This document shows, piece after piece, positions 44,356-57,240 of a stretch of 64,000 bases of DNA (its first letter is position 1; the number at the start of each line of letters is the position of its first letter). The notes under the pieces were generated by a model that searched no databases, was not told where the DNA came from, and worked only from the letters and a program-made list of their open reading frames with translations. This stretch comes from the human T2T-CHM13v2.0 reference genome, Homo sapiens. The position numbers and the translations under genes are program-made. The stretch lies in assembly GCF_009914755.1 (NCBI RefSeq), contig NC_060928.1; one strand, written 5' to 3'.

Positions 44356-45793
44356 TTTTAAATAATGTTGATGAATTGTTTAAATATATTAAAGCTATTA
44401 AACATTTTCTAACATTTTCTTGATTTAAAGTAGAAGACTTATGGTTATTAGTATTATAGCAGAAGCCTTATACTCTAAATAGGCTTTTACCGTATGGCAA
44501 TGTTACAAAATACATAAATACTTTATTTCTTTTGACAAAATAAATTGTATTGCATTTTAATTATAAATTATGACTTAATTATTCAACATATTCCTCAAAG
44601 GTAAGATAGGTTATATGAAGGTTTATCTTAATATTCATTTAATAAAAGACCAATCATTATTATGATTCTTAAGAGCATACAAATTAAAGTTATGGTAGAA
44701 AGTGTAGCTTAATTTCTTCTTTTTATTACTTATCTCTGTTAATTTTATAACCATTAAATCATGTAAAGCAATTATTGCCAATCATCACAACCCAAGAGCA
44801 ATAACTGTTTTATTTCTTAATTAAATACTTATTTAGTGCACTTCATTTCAAGTGTTACCAAATACTTATTAATTTCTTGTTAGGAATAAACTTATTTGTA
44901 ATTCAGTAGGACAGCTTGGATATCTAAACTACCGGGGATTTTGAAAAAAATAATTTTGTGAAAATTACATAATCAAAGAAAAACATGAAAGCATGGGTAA
45001 CTATGACATACACTGAGTACCCATTTTTTTTGTAGCAATTTATTACTTTTACTTACTCATAAGCTTTCCTGGTACATTCCAGGATGCTCTACATATTTTA
45101 GTGCTATTAGATACCACTGAACTTGTGCTGCCACATTTATCACTGTGTAATTTGTAGATCCAAGTGCTGTTTTCAGAATCCCAAACAACATTTATTAAAT
45201 TTGCTAAGTAATTATATTTACTCATGATAATTTCAATTCCACAGTGAGAATCAGTACAGGTGTGACTAGCAGTTATATTTCTTCATGCACAGAGCCCCTG
45301 CTGTACATAAAGCATCCAGTAGTAATTTTCTTTAATTCACTTAATTGCTTGGGGCTTCCTGAGCCACTCTTTTCCCCTAATTTGATGCTTTCCGTTGTGT
45401 TTCATAGAAAACCGAATAGGCTGAAGTGGGGCCACTTATAATTACAAGAATTGAAATACAAGCACACTTGTGTCTAATATAGTCTTGGAGTCAACCCTGC
45501 AGCATTTACATGGGTATCTATGTGATACAAACAATTTGAGAAACTCTAATAGCCCAGAAGCAGAGAGGGAAACAAGGAAAGGAAAGAAATGCAAAATAAG
45601 ACAGATGTTTGCTGTTCTTAAAATGATTATGAAGTTTACTTCTAATATAATGATACTAAAATCCAAACCAATCTTGTGACAATTCTCTTTTTTACTGTTT
45701 CCGGATTTAAAATTATATTCATGTGTTTTCCAAAGATACGTTATTAATGTACGTTCAAGTGTTATTGCACTTCTTGGAGTACATCAAACATAT

Positions 45794-45833
45794 TGTGTTT
45801 GTGTGTGTGTGTGTGCGTGTGTGTGTGTATGTG
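45794..45833. repeat. Imperfect (TG)n
   Basis: Directly visible. Confidence 0.9.
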
Positions 45834-46866
45834 TTTCTACTGACCTTACCTGTGCACATTCTGCTTCATCTAACTAAAGTGCAAGGGAGCAGATTTATTT
45901 TGTGCTTTTAGGTACACTCAGTTTTTGTTGCACGTGTTTTAAACAAATGAACAATTTGATGGGTGAATAGTGCTTTTAGTACCTTTAAAATGCTAAATAA
46001 TGATCACTAAAAGCTCTTGCAATGTAATATTTTAGCTTTCAGCATCACAATTAAATAATAATTAGTTAATGAGTTCAGTTCACTGCACTTGTGCAGTATA
46101 TAAAAAGGTAAACTAATGTTTTAAAGTGTTTAAAGAAACAGAACTCTTCATATACTCTGCAAAAATTTCATTCAATGAAACATAATTGAAGAAGCAGTTT
46201 GCTTTTGGAAAGCTCAATTACCATAGAAAGTAAAATGCTATTACTGAAGAAACAGTTTTCCCTAGAACAAAGCAAATGGCTATACAATTTGAAATCTAAC
46301 TTGCACCTGCATGAGTGAGAGATAACTTTTGATTCCATTAATCTCTGTCACTCTTAGCAACATTGTGGGTATTGTGTACAATTTGAGGAAAGCAACATTG
46401 GCTAATGTAAATGGAAGACACCTGTGTAATAAAAGCATTTTGTTCCATTTATGTTTTTAACTATGATATTTAGATGATGAGCCTGAATTTACCAGGAAGC
46501 TGTCCACGCCCAGAGGAATGTCTAAACATACTACCTCTATATTATTATTGGAATAGCTGAAAAATTACTCTGGTCCAACAAAAGAGATGCTCTTCTATTA
46601 ATTTAAATGGGTTTGTTCTTAAGATTTTGAAGATTTAATCCATTGAGAACTGACTTAAATAGAAAAACTTCTTGCCCGGAAAAAACATAAACATCACAAA
46701 ATCTCCATGTTAATTTGGGAGGAGGCACATATTTCCTAAAGCTGTCCTTGAGAATTGACAGATTCTAGGAAAAGATGCCTTATTCAAATAGCTACCCCAC
46801 TAACAAAGCTATTTGTCACTGTGTCTCTAGCACACTGCACTGTTACCTCATATACAGATTTTACTC

Positions 46867-47544
46867 TGTTACGGCTCAGAAAACGTTACCCCAAAGTATG
46901 GCACTTGGGCATGTTGAGTACTTTGAAATAAAGGAAATAGAAGCCTCAGAAGCAAAGTCTGTCTGACCGTCTCCTGTACTCCTATCTCCTGCTGCCTTTC
47001 TCTCCCTGAAGTGATTCATACAAACCAAGGTTTGTCTTCCTCAAAGCAGGTTACATAAGCTAGAACTACCTTCCCCCACAAAAAGCCATAAAACCTGGAC
47101 AAGCCACACTCATCCTTCTCCCTTGACCACCCTTATTTCCTCCAGGTTTGTTGCCCCAGGTATGGAGCAAGAGGTGTCTTGCCTCATATTTGGAAATAAT
47201 GAATGCTACACAGAGAGACAAAGAAGTATCTGAACAAACAGACCTTGCAGGTACAGTTCAATTTTTACTAAATTAATAAATCTAATGTTCTATTACCACT
47301 AGATAATCCCCTTTTGTCCAATTAGATTTTTTACATGGCTACCCATTTTTCATCTAACCTAAGCATAAAACAACACTTTTCCCTGTGTCCTTGGGCCTTC
47401 ATTTCTGAAATCTCACGTCACATAAATATTTGATTAAATAAATTTGTTATGCTTTTCTCTTGTTAATATGTCTTTTGTTATAGGAGTGTTGGCCGTGACA
47501 CCTATGATGGGTGAGGAAAGGTATCACAAGTTTTCACCCTTACA
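46867..47544 (+). mobile_element. MER39-like ERV1 solo LTR
   Basis: TG...CA termini, GGCTCAGAAAAC...ACCCCAAAGTATGGCAC; exact 4-bp TSD ACTC at 46863-66 and 47545-48. Confidence 0.85.
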
Positions 47545-47922
47545 ACTCTTCTTGAGCCTTCAAATCACCCACTGCTTAGATAGTTTCTTTTGATATGGTT
47601 AGCATATGGTCGTAACAAAACTCTTTCTATTCCCAATTGGCACTAAAAACAACAACAACAATACATATATTCTATTAAATATTTTACCAATAATATTTGA
47701 TATTTTACAATAAATTTTCTTCTAAATATGATACACTTTATACATTATTTCATTGTTTCACATTTAGGAACATTTTTGTAAATAATTATGTAAATCTCTG
47801 ATTACTCTTAGTGCATATTCTTAGTTCTGAAATTACTTGGTCAAAAAGTGTGAATGTGATAAAATTCTTGAAACACATTAAGTTGCTCTCTACAAGATCA
47901 TAACAATTTATATTCTTACCAA

Positions 47923-48525
47923 TGTTGACAAAAAGAGCCAAAATCTGTAAAATAGTTGAAGAGATTGATTGTTAGCCAAGTATGAGTGAGCAATGGCCTA
48001 TAGCACAGCCCTCAAGAGATCCTAAGAAAATGTGCCTATGGTTGTTGGGACACAAATTGGTTTTATACATTTTAGGGAGGACAAAAGACATCAATCAATA
48101 CATGTAGGATGTACATTGGTTCACTCCAGAAAGGCATGACAACTGGCTTCCAAGTCACAGTTAGATTCAAAGATTTTCTGATTGGCAATTTGTAGGAAGA
48201 ATTAAGTTATTATATAAAGACTTAGAATCAATAGAAAGGAATTGTCTGGGTTAAGTTAAAGGGTTGTAGAGACCAAGGTTTTATTATGCAGACAAAGCCT
48301 CCAGGTAGCAGGCTTCAGAGAATATTGTAAATGTTTCCTATCAGACTCAGAGTCTGTTCTATCAGCAATTCCAAAACAGAGGAGGGTATAATGAGACACG
48401 GCTGGCTTCCCATTCCCATCATGGCCTCAACTAGTTTTTCAGGTTAACTTTGGAATGCTCTTGCCTGAGAGGACAGGGTCTATTCAGGTGGCTAAGGGGC
48501 TTCAGAATTTTACTTTTGGTTTATA
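47923..48525 (-). mobile_element. MER4-family ERV1 solo LTR
   Basis: GGTTTTATACATTTTAGGGAG...ACATCAATCAATACATG...CAAAGATTTTCTGATTGGCAA...CCTCCAGGTAGCAGGCTTCAGAG; near-TSD CCAA/CCAG. Confidence 0.88.
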
Positions 48526-48712
48526 CCAGTGATTTGGGACTCTCAGGGCTCAGGGTACATCTGAGCCTAACTCTCATATGACTGTTGGAGAGCAGAATGT
48601 GCCACTGCAAAGTAGATTCGTTTGGTATATTTTCAGCTGGCTATCCTGAAAAACTGCAGACAAAGGAGTAGCTCTGAAAACTGTCCTTTTGTAATCTATA
48701 AAGAAAATCTAC

Positions 48713-49662
48713 TGAAGAAAATAAAAATATTTTATGCTGTACTAGTTTGTTTTTACAGTGCTATAAACAACTGCCTGAGATTGGGTTATTTATAAAGAAG
48801 AGAGTTTTAATTGACTCACAGCTCCACATGCCTGGGGAGGCCTCAGGAAATTTACAATCACGGTGGAAGGTGAAGGAAAAGCAAGCACCTTCTTCTTCAC
48901 AAGGGGGCAGAAAAAGAGACAGCAAGGGGGAAACTGCCACATATTTTTAAACCATCAGATCTCATGAGAACTCCCTCACTATCACAAGAACTGCATGGGG
49001 GAAACCTCACCATGATTCGATCACCTCCAGCCAGGTCCCTCCCTCAACACGCAGGGATTACAATTCAAGATGAGATTTGAGTTGGGACACAGACCTGAAG
49101 GATATCATACCCCAAAATATGGTTATTTGGCATACATGGAGATGGCTGTTCAGAGAGCCAGCAAACAGATGTAGCCTTACAAAGCTGTCTTTTGTGTCAG
49201 GGATTTGCATCTGTGGACAATCTGCATTGATGTAGCCTGGACTTCCCTTTCCTGGATCTAGCAAAGAGTAACTGAGAGTCTGACAGCTTTAAAGGCCTGA
49301 AAGAAATATATACCATCTATTCTATCTGAGGGCAGCTACATGCAAGGTTTCATTTACATTACAAGGTCACCTTTGCTAGCCAAGCCTCCACTTCTCTTCC
49401 ATCCATAACCTGCCTTGCTACTATAACTTGATTTACCACCATGACCTGTTTTTGCCTGGGCTCTGAGTCCCCATTCTATCTGTAACCTCAAGGTGGTATA
49501 TAAGCTTCTATACTCCACTAGGGGTTTGGGTAATCACTCCGGATCTCTCCATGTGCACCTTAATAAATAAGATGGCTTTTCTCTTATTAATCTTTCTTTT
49601 GTGAGTTGAATTTTCAGTGAAGCTTCCAAGGGTGAAGGGGAAGTTTTCTCCTTGCCTCTTCA
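48713..49662 (+). mobile_element. ERV1 (MER4-group) LTR nested in the MER34-like LTR
   Basis: TGAAGAAAATAAAAATATTT...ACCCCAAAATAT start, TATATAAG, AATAAA, ends CTCTTCA; near-TSD CTAC/CTGC; 3' end similar to the LTR at 32495-33063. Confidence 0.72.
48738..49107 (-). mobile_element. THE1D/MSTA-like MaLR solo LTR (innermost insertion)
   Basis: TGTACTAGTTTG...GGGGAGGCCTCAGGAAATTTACAATCA...GGGACACAG...ATATCA. Confidence 0.9.
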
Positions 49663-50164
49663 CTGCTTTAGTAAAAGTACTTAATACAGATGTCCAATAC
49701 AGGAAGATAGCTCCTCTGAGACAATTTTATTACCTGAGAGATTTTTGATCTGCAGAACAAGACAACATTTATTTACCATACATCTCCACCCCTCACCCTT
49801 ATAACTTGTCTTCACCAACCTTCAGAAATCCCAAGCCTCAATATTTTTCTATAGCTCAGAATGCTATATAAGCATCAATCATCTGGCTTTTCACTGAATC
49901 TCATATTTCTGTTGGACTCCTGTGCATGTACATAGTTAACTATAGTTTTTTTGTTGGTAATCTGTTTTATGATCATTTAATTTGTAGTCTAATGAAATAA
50001 TCTAGGAAGGTAAAGGGAAGCCACTTTTTCCTCAATGATAATGAAAAGTCCATTTCAATATGTCATCAATAACTCAACAACATAAAGTTTATCCATTGAA
50101 AAAAACAATAAAAAATAGCATTTATTGTGATCATCCTATGAAAGTCATTTCCCGTGAAACAGCC

Positions 50165-50484
50165 CATATAAAGGGGTTATTGGCAAACCCCCAACCAAAC
50201 TGCACACTGGGATTGGTGTGCACTGTGGTGGAGCCTCAGGAAGTTTGTGCCATTTGCAGCAGGGAAGAGCCTGGCTCCTCCTCTTCCTGGGTAGAACCTG
50301 GTATTCAATCTGCAAGGCAGGAAGTGAACAGCAGGGACTCTGGATTTGTGGAGGGTCCCTTTTCCCCTTTTTTCCCAATAAATCCCATTTTCCTCACCCT
50401 TCAAATTGTCTGCAAGACAAATTTTTCATGGCCATGTGACAAGGATCCCATCTTTAACTGAACTGAAGAGAGAATCCTGTAACA
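50165..50484 (+). mobile_element. ERVL-type LTR (LTR18/LTR32-like)
   Basis: CCCAATAAATCCC...CTCACCCTTCAAA...CATGGCCATGTGACAAGGA...TGAACT...CCTGTAACA U5 end. Confidence 0.65.
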
Positions 50485-50514
50485 CAGAGACCCTTAATCA
50501 CAAAACAGATAATA

Positions 50515-50857
<343 letters not shown>

Positions 50858-50890
50858 TCAATTTGATATGACTACTTTTTTGATAACTAT

Positions 50891-51468
50891 TGTCAAATCA
50901 AAAATTGCACTGGATAAAGTTAAATAGACAAGGAATACTTTATTCAAAGCCACTGCAGTAGGCGATAGAGGCCAGAACTCACTCTGAACTCAACTCAGAT
51001 GAAACAAGAAGTGGGAGAGTTTTTATATACTAGGGTAAGCCAGTGAAAACGTCTTGCAAGATGTTGCAAGAAAACGTCTTGCAAGATCTGTGGGATGTAT
51101 GGATCACATTTAGTTATTCCTGAGTTTTCAAATGTTTTTCTTTGAGATTATGTCATCTGTGTTTGCTAATTGGTACCCATTGATGTTAGGAGTCTGCCCT
51201 CCCAAGGAGATTGGAAAGTGGGGTGATATCTCCTCAAATACTTACATTTCAAAGAGATGGTTCCCAGATCCTTTAGGAAGACATTCCTAAATTCTAAACT
51301 GGCAAAATGCTTTTAACAAGATTTACATCTCAAAGGGGCGAAGAGATAATATGGAATGATAAGTGTTCTAATGTAAATGTTCTAAGAAAAGAGAGGTCAG
51401 AGGCCTAGAATAAGAAGAATCCTGTCTAAAGATTAGTCAAGCTGAGGGGAATATTAACATCCTCTTGA
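50891..51468 (-). mobile_element. MER67-family ERV1 LTR
   Basis: Reverse complement reads TTCCCCTCAGCTTGACTAATCTTTAGACAGG...CCCCTTTGAGATGTAAATCTT. Confidence 0.72.
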
Positions 51469-51502
51469 TTTCTTGCAATAATAGTTGAAGGTACAGCATT
51501 AA

Positions 51503-52052
51503 TGTCAGAGGCACATGAACCAGGACAACTCCATCTTGAATAGGAGCTGTGTAAAATGAGGCTGAAACCTACTGGGCTGCATTCCCAGACAATTAAGGCA
51601 GTCTAAGTCACAGGATGACATAAGAGCTTGGCACAAAGTACAGGTCATAAATCCTTGCTAATACAGGTTGCAATAAAGGAGCCAGACAAAACCCACCAAA
51701 ACCAAAATGGCGATGAGGGCGACCTCTGGTCGTCCTCACTGCTACACTCCCACCAGCACCATGACAGTTTACAAATTCCATTGCAATGTCAGGAAGTTAC
51801 CCTATATGGTCTAAAAAGGGGAGGCATGAATAATCCACCCCTTGTTTAGCATATCATCAAGAAGTAACAGTAAAAATGGGCAACCAGCAGACCTCAGGGC
51901 TGCTCTGCCTATAGATTAGCCATTCTTTTATTCCTTTACTTACTTAATAAACCTGCTTTCACTTTTCACTTTGGACTTGCCCTGAATTCTTTCTTGCATG
52001 AGATCCAAGAACCCTCTCGTAGGGTCTGGATTGGGACCCTATTCCTATAACA
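51503..52052 (+). mobile_element. MER41 (MER41A-like) LTR
   Basis: TGTCAGAGGC...CAACTCCATCTTGAATAGGAGCTG...AATAAACCTGCTTTCAC...GAGATCCAAGAACCCTCTC...TAACA. Confidence 0.92.
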
Positions 52053-52058
52053 TATTTC

Positions 52059-52125
52059 TGGTGACCACAGAAGGGACTATAATGCAAAAACCCTGACCCA
52101 ACGGCCACCTTTGGGTAAGTGTGGT
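52059..52125 (+). other. Retroviral primer-binding site (tRNA-Arg type) and leader stub with a 5' splice-site motif
   Basis: TGGTGACCACAGAAGGGAC just after the LTR resembles PBS-Arg TGGCGACCACGAAGGGAC; GGTAAGT at ~52114. Confidence 0.75.
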
Positions 52126-54563
52126 AATACTTTAAGAAATTAAGCCAAACTAGCAAAGAATTTGCCTTTATGATGGAAGAAATGATATGTCATTGAAATT
52201 TAGATTAGGTAAAGGTTTAGACTTACTTCCTTTAATATCACATTTATGAGGGAATCTTTGCTGCAGCATGGTTTAGAAATTATACTTTTTGCTAAGGCTC
52301 TTGTTTCGTGTTTCTATTTGAATGATCATTAGCCTTTGGGACTCAGATGTTTGAACACAGAGAAACATGGGGAAAGATATACGGAAGTCTTTTCTGAGCT
52401 GGATTTTTAAGTTCAAGAGAACCTCTAAGTGACAACCTAGACCTAGATCAGGAAATATTCTCAGACAATTTATACGTGTTGGATCTGGATGTTCGGATAG
52501 ATCCTAGTTACAGAATGTGTTTCTGAGATCTGAACTCCAGGAAAGGCATTCTAATAAGAGATGCCAGTTATTTTAAAATGAATATATTACAGATTCTGTT
52601 CTCATGTAGTTTACAATCTAGCAAAAGTGATAAGTTGTGCATATAAATGCACTCAAGAAGCAGATGATCTACAGATATTACATATAGATATGTATTTATT
52701 GATAAGTTTAACATTTTAATAATCTATTTTTCTTATTGCCATCTATTAAACTCATTAACTTTCCTTTCACTTTTTTCTGCAAACCTTACTATGTTTCAGA
52801 GTAATTGCTTTTCTGTGAATATTCTATTGCTCTTCTCCTCAAGGGAAAACATTCTGTTGTCTATTCATATGTTTTTGTCTTTTCCTTCAGTTAATTTACT
52901 GAGCTCTAGCTACTATTTGCTCTCAAGGTGAACTTCCTGCATTTATTATTAAAAAGTGACATCATGTAAGAGTTCAATTCTCTAGGTTATAAAAGACACA
53001 GGTACTCTGTTATTATGATGTAAATGTATTATACCCTATGGCAAAAGTAAATGCTTTCTTCTTCCCCAAAGAAGATTGCTGCAAACGTTTTCTGGTTTTA
53101 TTTATTATCAGTTTTTTAACCTATTACTGCATTTCAGTCCATATTAAAATATGCAAAGGAATAACGTTCTTGTCTCATGGTTTATTTCTTGTGTTTTTTT
53201 TTCTTAATCACTTCCAATAACGTCATTAAATAATTCTATTAATTTACACTTAAGAAAAAAACAAACTGGCACAATAGATATGATTCCAGCTCTTCCATTA
53301 CCAATAGTCTAGTGAAATTCATTGTAATGCCTGCAGCATGAAACATTTATGATTAATATCAAATTTACTTAAAAATTATATATCATTTGTTAGGTTATGT
53401 GAGATTTCCTGGCCTCGTCAGAGACTTTAGTATTGGCCAGGCGCAATGAGGAGAGAAGTGGATTTGGAGAGACAGCAAGCCAAGACAAGTCAGCTTGCCT
53501 CTTCCTGTGCTAAGCAAGAGAAATTGGCTGTCACTGCAGTAAGCATAAGCCTGGCTAAAGGCAAACCATATAATTATGTGATGGAGGTGACTTTTCTCTG
53601 TCTCCTGCCAAATAAAGAATGATACTAGCTCCCTCCAAACACAAAAGGAAGAGTGAAGCCGAAAAAGCACCAGACAAATGTTAATGCTTTCAAGTCAAGA
53701 ACTCCTTTGAAAAATCTCTCCTACAGGGGGAAAAGTAAACAAAAGAATACACATTCACATTTTTTCTACCATTTTTGCAGCTGAACAGACCCTTGCTTGC
53801 AGCAGCAATTTATGGACCCCAAGTTAAAACTTTTTTCATATAAGAAAATAAAATGTTAGAAAGGAAAACCTTACGTTTTCTACCCCAGGTCTAGATCTCT
53901 AGTGAAAGCATGAGAAAAGACTGAAAGAAAGAAACTGACTTTCTTTCATTTCATCTTGGATGGAATTTTACTGAGTCACAGTCAATTGACACTTTTTAAA
54001 AATCCTTAAATTCATTTGTTAATAAAATAATTCAGAAAAAGTATAACAAAGTCAGATTGTTAATTTCACATACTTTAAACAATTTTGCTTGCTAGAATTT
54101 AGAAATTAAAGGTGCAAACCCATTTGCACTTAACCTCAGCTAGGGTTTAGGCTGCTCTTATCTATCCAAACTGACTTTCTGCATGAGAGGAATTAGATTA
54201 CACATCTCATGTGCTTGCATCATGCATACGTTAGGCAGAGAAGCCACTTGCTTATTTTAAACAATAGAGGCATGCACCCCATAACGACTTTTCAGTCTAA
54301 ATGACAGACTGCATATACAACAGTGGTCTGATAAGATTATAATAGTGTAGTTTTAGGTACCTTTTCTATGTTTAAATATGTTTAGATACACAAATACCAC
54401 TGTGCTAAAATTGCCTACAGTATTCAGTTCAGTAACATGTTGCACAGGTTTGTAGTCTAGGGGAATAGGCTATGCCATATAGCCTAGGTATGTTAGTAGG
54501 CTATACCATTTAGGTTTGTATAAGTATACCCAATGATGGTTGCACAATGACAAAATCACCTAA

Positions 54564-55177
<614 letters not shown>

Positions 55178-56359
55178 TAGTGCATGCCTATATATTCTAT
55201 ATCGTATATATTATTTTTTAAAGCTTGTTTACAACTCATTATTTATGTGATAGTACCAGAGAAGAAGTCTTATCATTATAGTTTCTTCTTGGCTTCTTTA
55301 TGCAGAAGACTATATGTGCTAAGAAGAAAACTTTTAATATACGATTAAAAATATCCTGTATATAAGATCTATAGTCATTTTGAATACATAAATTCTGAAA
55401 AAAAATTATAAAATACAACCGATTTCTTTGGTCATGTAAAGTGGAAACATGGCTTATTAAATGAAAACTCCATAACAGAAAGGAAGCTCTCCCACTTGGA
55501 GTGATTTTTGATGCTGATGCCATTAATGATCTTCCAATAACTAACACTAATTATCTTGGCATTAAGTTTCTGGCTTACTCAGAAATAAAAGCTTATGATC
55601 CCTTAGGGATATGGACTCGACAGAGGAGTTCAACTCCACAGCAGCTGAGCGGGCAGAATATGTCAGAATGTCAGACTGTGAATTTGATGTAAGAATGTTA
55701 AGAGAGGGAGATCACCAGTCTTTGTGATTTTGTGGCCATTAAGTCACATTTAGTATGAGAACTGATTTCACAAATTACATACGACACTCAGAAATACATT
55801 CACTAAAAAAAGGAAGACACATCCCTCTATCAGATTAATGTTTCTCAACTTCATTTTTAAAAATACATTTACCTTTTCCTAGGAGCATTCATGAACATTT
55901 CTTTTTCCAAGTCATTGCCTTCCATTAAATTTTAATACCACAGTTATACTGTGTATTTATTTACTATATTTATATCCATACTTTATACATAAAATAGTAT
56001 AATCTTATTATTATTATTATTTTACGTAGCCAGTTTTGGTCCCTGAGGGACAATATAACTCCCATTACTCAACTGTTGCTTGACAGAAAGAAAAATTATT
56101 CCATAGAGGAGTAATACTTTTTTCTTTAGATTCTAGATACCCACTCTTTTCTTCACTTTTTCTTAGCTAAGGATAACTTTTATTGAAAATCTATTTCTCA
56201 AAGAAATCATTTCTAGTTAAACACAATATAGTTACTGTAAAGTGGGTAGTTTGACCACTAACTGTGCATTGAAAATCGCTAATTCTATACCTGTAGCTTA
56301 GAATCTGGTTAATTCTATATCTTTATTCTAGAATTTTGCCGTATACTTTAGTGAACGCT

Positions 56360-57240
56360 AAACATTTCTACCTGAAGGACCCTCAGCTACCTTAAGGCAA
56401 AATGTGCACTGTACTTCTTCTTTCATAGAAAATTGATCTTTGTCAAAACTACTTCTTCTCATTTATCCACCACTTCTATTTGTCCTATATGTATACTGAC
56501 TCCAGGTTTGTAATCTCTGAAATTTATTATGATTTCTTATATTTATTCTTTGCTCATCATTTACACAATGCCTGTGTTATATCGACTCTCCTCCTCCCAT
56601 ATATACATTACTGAATTATTCTGTTATCTCTCTGACTTCAGTTTTGACTATGAACTCAGTCATCTTCACTGTTTCTTGGATAATTTCAGTAATACAGAAA
56701 TCTATTTATATGATTCCTCTTTTTTGAAATGACTCCCCATTTCTCAAGAAACAGTGTTAAACCTCTTTAGCTGAACATATGGACCTGACCCTGGTCTGAC
56801 ATATCCAGTTTTATATTTAACCACTTCTATGCAATTTCAAAGCAATATTAAATTAATTATGTCAATTTCTGCAATTACTCCATGTAGTTATACTTTTCTG
56901 AGGCTTTGTATATGACTGCCAACCCCCCAGCCTTCTTAAGTGAGCCTTCTCAACCTTCAAAGTCCAGTTCATGCTGTACTTCTATGAAGACTTCCTCTAC
57001 TCTCTAAGTGGCGTTTAAGCTCAAATTGTGCTACTTTGTTATTTAACAGTGACTTCAACTATAACAATTATAATATTTGTCAAATATTTTTATGTCTGCC
57101 TCAATTATGCTTGATTGCAAGAAAATTTTAATTCATTTTTATATCTACATCAGGTGGTCCAACTCAATGTTTACTCACATAATAAATGAATTAGATAATG
57201 AATAAATGAATTAATAAATGTATTATCAATAAATGAATGA
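56360..57240 (+). mobile_element. L2 remnant(s)
   Basis: CCTTCAAAGTCCAGTTCA...CTTCTATGAAGACTTCC and terminal (AATGAATAAATG)-type repeats typical of L2 3' ends. Confidence 0.5.

Larger units (their letters stand above)
48583..50038 (+). mobile_element. MER34-family LTR in two halves (48583-48712 and ~49663-50038) around nested insertions
   Basis: TGTTGGAGAGCAGAATGTGCCAC...AACTGCAGACAAAGGAGTAGCTCTGAAAA start; resumes with TATATAAGC and U5-like AATCTGTTTTATG...TTTTTCCTC. Confidence 0.7.
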
